From: Myxococcales bacterium | GTDB lineage: Bacteria > Myxococcota_A > UBA9042 | DNA: 25,474 nt | Assembly (NCBI GenBank): GCA_037441385.1 | Contig: JBBISH010000095.1 | Coordinates: forward strand, 1 to 25,474 | Reading direction: 5' to 3' | Program-made: the position numbers and the translations under genes | Shown: positions 8,802 to 18,298 of the stretch, piece by piece | How the letters are laid out: each line of letters starts with the position of its first letter | Numbering within the stretch: position 1 is the first letter of the stretch | Notes under the pieces: generated by a model | Seen by the model: the letters and a program-made list of their open reading frames with translations, nothing else | Databases searched by the model: none | Told to the model about the DNA's origin: nothing

Positions 8802-8923
8802 ACTCCCACAGACGCAAAGCCAACCGGCCCGGGCAGCGTCCATCGCGAACCAACCCCTTGCAGTCGACCCCGTCTCGGGTCGCCGCGGGTCCAGTTGGCC
8901 ATGTCCAGCCCTGCCGCCATGCG

Positions 8924-11900
8924 CTACCAGTCCTTGTCCGGCCGTTGGTTCTTGAACGGCGAGTTGCGCAGCGCCTCCTGCGCTTCCAGGTTGCTCGGGT
9001 TGTGGTCGTTGCGCTCCATCTGGCGCTTCAGCCGCTCCTGGTCTTCCTGTTTCTGCTGCTCTTCCGGCTTCTTCTCGTCTTTCTTCTGGTCCTGCTTGTC
9101 CTTTTCGTCCTTCTTGTCTTGGTCTTGCTTGTCCTTGTCCTGCTTTTCTTTGTCCTGCTTGTCTTTGTCCTGCTGATCCTGCTGCTGCTTGTCTTTGTCG
9201 CTGGGCGGCGGCGGCTCCTCCACCCGCAGCACGTAGAAGTTCTCAGTCCCACCTGGGGCAAAGGCCTTGAGCTTGACGACTCGGTCCGCCTTTCCCGCTG
9301 GAATCATCAGCCCTTGCACGGTGGTCCGGCTGCGGCGGGCGGCCGGCGTGTCGGGCTGATCCTTGCCGGCCCTGTCGTCGCCCGTGGCCGTCTGGGCGTG
9401 GGCCAGTTCTTTGACGCCGCTCTCGTCCCAGGCCGCCAGGTCGATCGCGCCGTGCGACCGGTCGTAGCGGGCGGTCACCTGCAGATTCTGGCCCGCCTTT
9501 TGCGACAACTGCAACCAATCGGTGTCGCCCTTGCAGATGCGCAGCAGGTGCTCGGACCCCACTTCGATCGGCTTGGCGTCTTTTGCAGTGTTGTTGGGCT
9601 CTTGCTCGTCATTGCCCTCCGGGCAGGGCGGCAAGATGCGCAACCGAAGCGTATACGGCAGATCCAGCTGCGGGTGCTGGTGGTCCACGCCCGGCGTGGG
9701 CGATCCGGGCGGCAGCGCGATATGCGGAATCGGCTGGGGAATCGGCGGCTGACCTGGCTGGCCGGGCTGACCGCCGGGGGCCATGCCTTGCGCGGCCCCG
9801 TGCGGAGCCCCCACCTGCACGCCGGGCGGGAGACCCTGCGACAGGCCTTGCGGCATCCCGGGCAATGGATTCGGCAGGGCCGGCTGCGCCGGGCCGGGCG
9901 GCGGCGCACCGATTTGGCCAGCGCCTGGGCCGGGTTGCACGGGCGGTCCGGCCGGGGGCCCAATCGGCGCCGCCGGCAGGTTCTGAATGCCCGCCGCAGG
10001 GAATTTGGGCACCTCGACGCCCCCGCCCGTCACGCGCACCCGGTAGCGCCCGGCGGGCGGCTCCAGCACCACCACCGTCCGCACCAGCGAGCCGCCCTGA
10101 CTGACGGCGCTGCCTACGCCCTGGCCCCAGACGTTACCTTTCTCGTCATAGACTTCCACGGTGAGCTGCCCGGCAAGGTCAGCGGCGTCGGGCATCCCCT
10201 CCAAGCTGGCGCTCAGGTCCACGAACAGGCTCTCGCCCTGCTTCAGGTCTGCGGCATACCAGTCGTCGTCGCCCGGACAAAGCTGGAGATTTTCCAGCGG
10301 CTTGCTCAGCATCTCGGCCGAAAGCGGGTTCGCGCTCAGCGCCTGATCGTTGTCTTCAAAGGCGTCGTCGCGCTCGCCGCAAGGCGGCAGCACCTCGACC
10401 TGCAGCTCGTAGTCCGCCTCGGTATCCACGCCGCCCACCACGCGGATCAGCACGTCGCCGCCTGGGGTCCCTACGATGCGGGTGGCCAGGCCATCCTTGC
10501 CGCTGATACCGTGGGCCAACACCCCATCAGAACCATTGACGATATCCAGGTTGAGCTGCTGCGCCCCCAGATCGTACTTGGGCTTGGCGGCCACCCGCAG
10601 GCCCTGGCCCGGCAGCAGGCCCACCTTGAAGTAGTCCGCGTTGCCTGGGCACAGCCGCGCCTGCACCGGCTGCCCCGCGGCAATGGCGCGCGCTTGCGCC
10701 GGCGTGTCGTTGGGCTCGGCCGGGTCCTCGATGCGCGGGCACGCCGGCAGGATTTTCACCGTCAAGTCGTAGGGCGTCTCGACCTCGCCGCGGTCGCGGA
10801 CATCGACCAGCACCGTCTGCGGCGTGCCCGAGCCGGTCATCGTCGCCTCTTGCACGGCCTTGGCGTCAGGCTCGCTGCCGCCCAGAACCTGCTTGCCATC
10901 CAAACTGAGCATGGCCACGCCCAATTCGGGCTGCCCCAGCACGGCGGTCGAGTCCTCGGTCGCGCCCGCCGGCTCGGGCTTGGCCGTCACCTTGGCGGTC
11001 ACGCGGTCGCCCGGCTCCACGCCCACCTTGAACAAGTCGCGATCGCCCGGACACATGCGCAGGTTCAGCGTGGCCTCGCGCTGGCCCTCGGGCAGCGACA
11101 GCGCCTTGGCCTGCTCCGGCGCGTCATTGGGCTCCTGCTCTTTGTCGCGGCTGGCGCAAGGCGGATAGGCCCCCAGGCGCGCCAGCTCCAGGTTGCGGCG
11201 CACGTCGGTGCGGGTCGGATCCGCCAGCAGCGCCTGCTCCAGGCTTTGCACGGCCAGCTTGTAGTGCGCCAGCGGCGTGTCCGTGGCGGGCGGCTCGGGC
11301 GGCGGCGGCTCGGCCGGCTTGTCGTCGGCTTTCTTGTCCTTGTCCGGCGCGGGCTTGTTGCTCGCTTGGTCCTTCTCTAGCTTGCGCGCCCACTCCAGCT
11401 GGGTGGTGCCCAGCGCGTAGTGGATGTCCGCCTCCAGCTTGGCATCGCGCTGCGGCAGCGCACCCAGAGCCCGCGACAACGCGGTCACGGCCTCGGCGTG
11501 TTGCCCCATCCAGCCCTGAGCAATGCCGATGTCGTACCAAATCATGGCATGTTCAGGTCTGGTTGCTTGAGCTTGCCTGAACGATTGCAAAGCATCGCCA
11601 TACTTTTTCTCGTCCACTTGGCTGCGGCCATTGCGGATATCGGGATTTTCGCGCTCGATCCACGCCGCCTGGGCCGCCATGGGCCGGGTCACGCCGGCGA
11701 CGAACAGCAGCGCAATCAACGCCTTCGCGACTAGCTGCCGCCGCCGCGGGGCCAGCGCCAATTCGGCCAGCAACAGCAGCAGCGCCGGGCCCAGCAGCCA
11801 CTGGAAGCGATCTTCACCCAACTGCTTGAATTGCGACTGATACTCCGCCTTCTCCAGCGCGTCCAAGGCCGGGAACAGCTCGGGCACGATGCTCTGGTTG

Positions 11901-12796
11901 GCGTAGTGGAACGACTTGGCGCCGGTGGCCTGGGCAATCTGCTGCAGCAGGTCCAGGTTGAGCTTGCTGAACACCGGCTGGCCGTTTTCATCTTTCAGAA
12001 TACCGGTCACCGTGCCGTCCGGCCCAAGGAGTGGCACCGGATCGCCAAACGCCGAGCCCACCCCCACGGTGTAGATCTTCACGCCTTTTTCCGCAGCCTT
12101 GCGCGCTGCATCCAAAGCCGCGCCCTCGTGGTCCTCGCCGTCGCTGAACAGCACGATGGCCTTGTTCTTGCTGCCCTTGAACTGCGGCATCAGGTTGTCG
12201 CGGAGCTCCGCCTCGGCGTGCTCGCGCTCGCCCGTCAGCAGGTCGGTGGCCATCGTCAGCGCGCGGCCGATATTGGTGCCGCCCACCGGGATGTCCTCGG
12301 GCTTCAGGTCCGCGAGATAAGTACGTACTACATCACGATCACTGGTCAAAGGGCACTGAACAAATGGAATTCCAGCAAACGGTACCAACGCCACCCGACC
12401 GCCGGCCAGCCGCCCCAGCAGCGCATTGATCTCCAGCACCGTGCCCTGCAGGCGGTTGGGCACGATGTCCTTGACCAGCATCGACTTGCTCGCGTCGACC
12501 ACCAGCGCCACGTCGATGCCCGCGTTGCTCACCTCGGTCTCGCGCACACCGTAGTGGGGCCGCATCGCCGCCAACACCAACAGGATCACCGCAAAACCCC
12601 AAAGGAAAATCCGCGTCGCCTGCCGCTGGACCGAGAAGCCTTCCACCAGAGTCGCCACCACCTTGCCCGTGCCCAGCTTGCCCAGCTGCTTGAGCCAACG
12701 GGCCGTCTGCACCGCCGCCCACACCACCAGCAGCACGGCCGGCACAAGGCCCCATGCATACAAGGGATTGCCAAAGGTCAGGGTATCGCCGTTCAT
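8924..12796 (-). CDS. BatB-like vWA protein fused to BatC-like TPR, four EPND-type beta-sandwich repeats, a Pro-rich insert and a K/D/Q-rich tail (1290 aa)
   Basis: N-terminal F.NP+TM; MIDAS DASKSM, GGTNIG, LFSDGEDHEG, IYTVGVGS; TM hairpin; TPR (IWYDIG, IHYALG, RRNLELA); four C..EPND..A....LCPG..DW/YF repeats; C-terminal ...RPDKDW. GAGG upstream of the ATG. Confidence 0.9.
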   Translation of the reverse strand: MNGDTLTFGNPLYAWGLVPAVLLVVWAAVQTARWLKQLGKLGTGKVVATLVEGFSVQRQATRIFLWGFAVILLVLAAMRPHYGVRETEVSNAGIDVALVVDASKSMLVKDIVPNRLQGTVLEINALLGRLAGGRVALVPFAGIPFVQCPLTSDRDVVRTYLADLKPEDIPVGGTNIGRALTMATDLLTGEREHAEAELRDNLMPQFKGSKNKAIVLFSDGEDHEGAALDAARKAAEKGVKIYTVGVGSAFGDPVPLLGPDGTVTGILKDENGQPVFSKLNLDLLQQIAQATGAKSFHYANQSIVPELFPALDALEKAEYQSQFKQLGEDRFQWLLGPALLLLLAELALAPRRRQLVAKALIALLFVAGVTRPMAAQAAWIERENPDIRNGRSQVDEKKYGDALQSFRQAQATRPEHAMIWYDIGIAQGWMGQHAEAVTALSRALGALPQRDAKLEADIHYALGTTQLEWARKLEKDQASNKPAPDKDKKADDKPAEPPPPEPPATDTPLAHYKLAVQSLEQALLADPTRTDVRRNLELARLGAYPPCASRDKEQEPNDAPEQAKALSLPEGQREATLNLRMCPGDRDLFKVGVEPGDRVTAKVTAKPEPAGATEDSTAVLGQPELGVAMLSLDGKQVLGGSEPDAKAVQEATMTGSGTPQTVLVDVRDRGEVETPYDLTVKILPACPRIEDPAEPNDTPAQARAIAAGQPVQARLCPGNADYFKVGLLPGQGLRVAAKPKYDLGAQQLNLDIVNGSDGVLAHGISGKDGLATRIVGTPGGDVLIRVVGGVDTEADYELQVEVLPPCGERDDAFEDNDQALSANPLSAEMLSKPLENLQLCPGDDDWYAADLKQGESLFVDLSASLEGMPDAADLAGQLTVEVYDEKGNVWGQGVGSAVSQGGSLVRTVVVLEPPAGRYRVRVTGGGVEVPKFPAAGIQNLPAAPIGPPAGPPVQPGPGAGQIGAPPPGPAQPALPNPLPGMPQGLSQGLPPGVQVGAPHGAAQGMAPGGQPGQPGQPPIPQPIPHIALPPGSPTPGVDHQHPQLDLPYTLRLRILPPCPEGNDEQEPNNTAKDAKPIEVGSEHLLRICKGDTDWLQLSQKAGQNLQVTARYDRSHGAIDLAAWDESGVKELAHAQTATGDDRAGKDQPDTPAARRSRTTVQGLMIPAGKADRVVKLKAFAPGGTENFYVLRVEEPPPPSDKDKQQQDQQDKDKQDKEKQDKDKQDQDKKDEKDKQDQKKDEKKPEEQQKQEDQERLKRQMERNDHNPSNLEAQEALRNSPFKNQRPDKDW

Positions 12797-12826
12797 GGCA
12801 CCTCGCCCACGCAGGGCCTTGTGGAT

Positions 12827-13945
12827 CTACGCCGGGAAGGTACGCAACCACGTGCGCCGCAAGATCAATTCCGCCCCAATCAGCGCCAGGCCGGCGAGCA
12901 ACCACGGCATGAACAGCTCGCGGCGCTGGGTGCGGACCTTGACTTGGAAGGTGGTTTTCTCCAAATCTTTGAAGTCGTTCGCAAACTTCTCGGCATCGTA
13001 CGAGTCGTAGAACTTGCCGCCAGTCAAGTCGGCGATCTTGCCCAACAGCTGCGGGTCGGTGGGGAAGGGCCGGTCCGGGCGCTGGTAGACCAGCCGTCCA
13101 AAACGGTCGGTCATCGGCTTGCCGCGCAGCGGATCGTAGGCGGGCAGGCGCGTCTCTTTGCCCGAACCGACCTGGAAGGTGAAGATCTTCACCCGATCCT
13201 TCTCGGGCAGCGACGCCACGTACTTGGGCACGGTCAGCGGATCCATCGAGCCGCCTTCCTGCTTGCCGTCGGTGATCAGAATGAGCATGCGCGAGCGGCT
13301 TTTGGCCTGATCCAAGCGCATGAAAGCGCGGTTCAGCGCGTCGCCGATGGCCGTGCCCGAGCCGTTGATCGTGCAGCTATTCATGCACTGACCGGGGTTC
13401 TCTTGGGTGCGTCGCCCGTCGTCCAGCACCAGCGCGTCCAGGGCGTTCAAGAGCCGCACGTAATCCAAGGTGGGCGGGAAGCGCAGGTAGGCCTCGTTGC
13501 CAAACACCACCAGGCCGACGCGGTCGGACTTGCGGTGGCGGATGAAGTCCTTGAGGATTTTGCGCGCCGCCTCGAAGCGATTGTCCGGCTCCTGGCCATT
13601 GGACTGCAGCGCCGCGATGTCGTCCTGGCTCATGTCGATGGCGTTCATCGAGCCCGACATGTCCAGGGCGATCATGATGTCGACGCCTTCGCCCGAGAGC
13701 ACCTCGGTGTCCACGATTTGCGGCCGGGCCATGGCCACGGTGAGCACCGCCAGGCCGGCAATCCGCAGCCACTCAGGCAAGTTGCGCAACCTCAGCCGCA
13801 TCGTCACCGGCATGCCGGCCGTCGCCGTCAGGGACGAAGCCTTGGACGCCACCGGCAGCGCCCGCAGACGCATCCACGCCGCCGCCGCCAGCACGGCCAG
13901 GCCCAGCAAAAACCAAGGATGTTCAAAGGTCCAGCCGCTGTTCAT
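12827..13945 (-). CDS. BatA-like membrane-anchored vWA domain protein
   Basis: FEHPWFLL N-terminus, AMARPQ, EGVDIMIALDMSGSM, DRVGLVVFG..AY...PPTLD, GTAIGDAL, LILITDG, IADLTGGKFY, C-terminal TM. ATG overlaps the upstream TGA (ATGA). Confidence 0.92.
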   Translation of the reverse strand: MNSGWTFEHPWFLLGLAVLAAAAWMRLRALPVASKASSLTATAGMPVTMRLRLRNLPEWLRIAGLAVLTVAMARPQIVDTEVLSGEGVDIMIALDMSGSMNAIDMSQDDIAALQSNGQEPDNRFEAARKILKDFIRHRKSDRVGLVVFGNEAYLRFPPTLDYVRLLNALDALVLDDGRRTQENPGQCMNSCTINGSGTAIGDALNRAFMRLDQAKSRSRMLILITDGKQEGGSMDPLTVPKYVASLPEKDRVKIFTFQVGSGKETRLPAYDPLRGKPMTDRFGRLVYQRPDRPFPTDPQLLGKIADLTGGKFYDSYDAEKFANDFKDLEKTTFQVKVRTQRRELFMPWLLAGLALIGAELILRRTWLRTFPA

Positions 13946-15576
13946 CCCGGGCGTCCTCCCAGCAGCAAGGGCATGGCCGTCAGCAGCCCCGCGAGCAACA
14001 CCAGCAGCACCGCTGGCATCCAGCTGGGCGTACCGCGGCGCGTGCCATAGCGCGCATCGATCACCCGGGTCGCGGCCCACTGGTCACCCATGCGCCGCAT
14101 CTCGGGCAGGTACAGGCACGTCACCGCTTCGGCAATCAGCCCAGCGAGCGGCAGCGCCAGCAGCAGGTTGCGACCCAACCGCGCGCCCAGGCTGGCCAGT
14201 TGCGCCGTGGGCACATCGTCGCCTTCGCTGGCGTGCCAACGCGCAGGGGCGGGGTTCTCACCATCGTCGTGCTGGGCAATCTGCAGGCCCACGATGGCCT
14301 TGCCAGGCGACTGCGCCGCCAGCCCATCGCGCACCATCAACCAGGCCAGGATGAGCACATAGCTCAAGTCGAACAACAACTTGCTGCCCGTGTCGATCGC
14401 GACCCAGCCGAGCAGGGCGCACAACAGCGCACCCACGAACAGGTCGACGGCAAACGCCCGCAACCGCAGCGGCGCCGGCGCCATGACCGCAAGTCGCAAG
14501 CGCTTTTGCCGTGCCAGGCGCTCGGCCTCGGCCCGCCGCTGGGCTTCTTGCTCGGCCACGGTGAGCATCGTCCGCTCGACGACCTTGCGCACGAACGCTG
14601 CCTCGTTGCGCAATTCTTCGCCGCTGGCCGGCACACGGGCGAACTTCACCAGGTCCGACAGCTCGGCAAAGCTCTGCAGCTCGCCGGGTTTCACCCCGCG
14701 CACCTCGATGGCCTGCAGCTGCGCCAACAGCTCGGTGGTGGTCATGTCCAGCGCGGCAAAGTGATAACGCGCGCCCAGGTATTCGCGCAGAATCTCAGAC
14801 AGTTCGGCAAACACGTCGCGAGGTTCTGCAGTCTCAGCCCGTCCCGACCGGTCAAATTCGTCTAGGCGCTGCAGCGCCACCATGTGGGCCGGCACGCGCT
14901 CTTTGGGGGCGCGCTGGGCCGCCCGATCGCGGTAGTACTTCAACCCCACGGCGGTGAGCAGCGCCGCAAGCAGCATCAAAGCGGCTGCCGCCAAAGCGAT
15001 CTCCAGGGGTGTATTTTCTTCGACCAGCGGCCGCGGTGCCGGCAACGGCGACGGCACCACGTTGGTCTCGCTGGCAAATTGCGACTTCACCTGCAGGCGG
15101 CTGGCCGGCACGGTCAAGGTCCCTGCTTGCGCCTCTGCGCTGCCTTGGGCGCCCGCTTGCCACGGCACTTCGATGGGCGGCGTCTTGGCCAAACCCACTC
15201 GCACCGCCAGCGCCGGAATGACAATCGTTTCAGTCACCGTGCCGGCCTTCTCCACTCGCTCGACCTTGCCCGGGTCGCGGGTGTCGACCAATAGCGGGCG
15301 CAAATCGGGCTTGGTGGGGAAGAACACCCGGTAGCCGGTCGGGTAGGTGAGCGTCACGCGCAGTTCGACCCGCTCGCCAAAAACCGGCTGCGTGTTCGAC
15401 CACTTGACGTCGATGTGCACCGGCGAGGTCGCGCTCGCGGCCGCCGGCAGACCCACGGGCGAGGCCGCCGCAGGCAGGGCGGATTGCGCCCACGCGCGAT
15501 TTGCGCCAAGCACGCCGGTGAGCAGTAGCGCGAGCACCGTCAAAAGTCTATGCGTTTTCAGCAGTATCCTTGCCAT
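13942..15576 (-). CDS. Bat-operon accessory membrane protein (signal peptide, beta domain, TM, helical domain) fused to a C-terminal RDD-family domain
   Basis: AWA-Q signal site; LSEILREYLG.RY...ALDMTT.EL..DLVKFA is typical of the gene between DUF58 and batA. C-terminal RLRAFAVD, SPGKAIVGLQI, RLGRN and RRMGD.WA.TRV are RDD hallmarks. Confidence 0.8.
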   Translation of the reverse strand: MARILLKTHRLLTVLALLLTGVLGANRAWAQSALPAAASPVGLPAAASATSPVHIDVKWSNTQPVFGERVELRVTLTYPTGYRVFFPTKPDLRPLLVDTRDPGKVERVEKAGTVTETIVIPALAVRVGLAKTPPIEVPWQAGAQGSAEAQAGTLTVPASRLQVKSQFASETNVVPSPLPAPRPLVEENTPLEIALAAAALMLLAALLTAVGLKYYRDRAAQRAPKERVPAHMVALQRLDEFDRSGRAETAEPRDVFAELSEILREYLGARYHFAALDMTTTELLAQLQAIEVRGVKPGELQSFAELSDLVKFARVPASGEELRNEAAFVRKVVERTMLTVAEQEAQRRAEAERLARQKRLRLAVMAPAPLRLRAFAVDLFVGALLCALLGWVAIDTGSKLLFDLSYVLILAWLMVRDGLAAQSPGKAIVGLQIAQHDDGENPAPARWHASEGDDVPTAQLASLGARLGRNLLLALPLAGLIAEAVTCLYLPEMRRMGDQWAATRVIDARYGTRRGTPSWMPAVLLVLLAGLLTAMPLLLGGRPG

Positions 15577-16503
<927 letters not shown>

Positions 16504-16564
16504 GCCACGTTCTGTTGAATCCGTTGGGGAATTCGCGCAGATCAGCTACCCGATGGCGGGCGGC

Positions 16565-17551
16565 CTACGGCACCGGCACGCGGTCGAAGATGCGCTGCAC
16601 CACGTCGTCGCTGCTCAGCTGCTCGGCTTCGGCCTGGTAGGTCAAAATGACGCGATGGCGCAGCACGTCCAAGCCAACCGCCTTGATATCCTCAGGAATC
16701 ACAAAGGCGCGGTGACGCAGGAACGCGTGGGCCTTGGCCGCCTGGGTCAAGAAGATGGTCGCGCGCGGCGATGCACCAAACTGAATGAAGTCCGCCAGAT
16801 CGGCCAGACCGTGCGCCTTGGGATCGCGGCTGGCGAACACCACATCCACGATGTACTGCTTCAGCTTGTCGTCGATCAGGATGTCTTGCACCACCTTGCG
16901 CGCATGCAGGATCCGCTCGCCATCCACTACTGCTTTGATCTCGGGCTCGTAGCCGCTGGTGGCCGCGTTCAAGATCGCCACTTCCTCGGCCTTGGTGGGG
17001 TAGCCGACCTTGACCATCAGCATGAAGCGGTCCACCTGCGCCTCGGGCAGCGGATAAGTGCCTTCCTGCTCGATGGGATTTTGGGTGGCCAGCACCAAGA
17101 ACGGCTCGTCCAGCTTGAAGGTGGTGTCGCCGATGGTGATCTGGTGCTCCTGCATCGCTTCCAGCAGAGCCGACTGCACCTTGGCCGGCGCGCGGTTGAT
17201 TTCGTCGGCAAGTACCAAGTTCGTGAACACCGGACCCTTTTTGACCGAGAAGCTCTGGTCGCGCGGGTTGTAGACCATGGTGCCCAGCAAGTCCGCAGGC
17301 AGCAAGTCCGGCGTAAATTGAATGCGTTGGAACGCAATCGACAGCGACTTGGCCAGCGTCTTGCACGTCAGCGTCTTGGCCAGGCCGGGCACACCCTCTA
17401 GCAGCACGTGGCCGCCGGTCAGCATGCCGATGAGCAGCCGTTCCACCATATGGGTCTGCCCCACTACCACCTTGCGCACTTCCTCGGTGATGGCGTCGAC
17501 GAACTGCGACTCTTGGCGAATCATCTCGTTGAGCGAGCGAATGTCCTGCAT
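16565..17551 (-). CDS. moxR: MoxR-family AAA+ ATPase (MRP subfamily)
   Basis: HVLLEGVPGLAKT, RIQFTPDLLPAD, LADEINRAPAKVQSALLEAMQE, ATQNPIEQEGTYPLPEAQVDRF, GASPRA. ATG at 17551 with GGAG upstream. Confidence 0.97.
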   Translation of the reverse strand: MQDIRSLNEMIRQESQFVDAITEEVRKVVVGQTHMVERLLIGMLTGGHVLLEGVPGLAKTLTCKTLAKSLSIAFQRIQFTPDLLPADLLGTMVYNPRDQSFSVKKGPVFTNLVLADEINRAPAKVQSALLEAMQEHQITIGDTTFKLDEPFLVLATQNPIEQEGTYPLPEAQVDRFMLMVKVGYPTKAEEVAILNAATSGYEPEIKAVVDGERILHARKVVQDILIDDKLKQYIVDVVFASRDPKAHGLADLADFIQFGASPRATIFLTQAAKAHAFLRHRAFVIPEDIKAVGLDVLRHRVILTYQAEAEQLSSDDVVQRIFDRVPVP

Positions 17552-17746
17552 GTTCCGGCACTCTCCTGCACGTTGGGCCAAGTCTGGCCGCGCGCCACTG
17601 CCCCCGCGGGCGACTGGCACATGGCTCTAACCGGGATTTCCGCCCAGCTATTCCCCCACGCTCACTCCCCGTGAGCGCGGCGGCAACAGCGCGGGGCGAG
17701 GCAATGTAGGTTGGGCCTGCGGTTTGTCGAGGGGGCGCAGCGCCAA

Positions 17747-18289
17747 TCAGCCGGCCTGCTGCCACATCCGCGCCAACTCTTCGTGGCTCAAGTTCTTTTC
17801 GGCGGGCTGCGAGCACAGGTAGCGCGCGCACTCCAGCGGCCGCGCCGCGTAGATTTGGCAACCCTTACCGTCAAAGAACACACAAGTGCCCTTGAGCATA
17901 CGGTATAGCTCGTCCACCACCTTGCCGGTGGCAAAGGCGGGTTTGCCAAAGCGATCCAGCTTCACCGGCGCAAAGGTGTGCACGATCTGGCCGTCGACTT
18001 CGATGCGGTCGACCACCAACTTGCTGCGCACCAGCGCATCAGGGGCGATCCCCAGGAGTTCTGCGGCTTTCTCCACCTCACCCGGAGCAAACCAGCCGGG
18101 GCTCGACTTGCAGCACAGGCCGCGTTGGATGCAGCCGCGCTCGGGCGCCGGGACGTCGTCGTCGCCATCTTCGCCCTGCCAATAGGGATTCTCGCCGTCG
18201 GCGCCAGCGGTGTCGGCGTCCGGGATGACCCGCACCTGCACCTGCTCGTGGCCATGGATCTTCAACTGCTGCACGGGCTTGCTGGTCAT
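17747..18289 (-). CDS. YkgJ-family (CxxCxxCC) cysteine-cluster protein
   Basis: CIQRGLCC ... CVFFDGKGCQIYAARPLECARYLC. GAGG-like RBS not evident, but the start lies 9 nt after the upstream stop. Confidence 0.85.
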   Translation of the reverse strand: MTSKPVQQLKIHGHEQVQVRVIPDADTAGADGENPYWQGEDGDDDVPAPERGCIQRGLCCKSSPGWFAPGEVEKAAELLGIAPDALVRSKLVVDRIEVDGQIVHTFAPVKLDRFGKPAFATGKVVDELYRMLKGTCVFFDGKGCQIYAARPLECARYLCSQPAEKNLSHEELARMWQQAG

Positions 18290-18298
18290 GAGGCGGGC

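Noticed and set aside
8620..8810. Possible 6S RNA or riboswitch
   Set aside because: The size and a closing stem are suggestive, but I see no continuous rod with a central bubble and no known aptamer consensus; a REP-like reading fits better. An Rfam scan would settle it.
8615..8920. 102-aa N-terminal extension of the BatD-like ORF
   Set aside because: It would bury the signal peptide and runs through the inverted-repeat element; more plausibly non-coding.
9040..9200. Low-complexity (CTTGTC/CTG)-rich repeats
   Set aside because: Explained by the K/D/Q-rich tail typical of BatC-like proteins.
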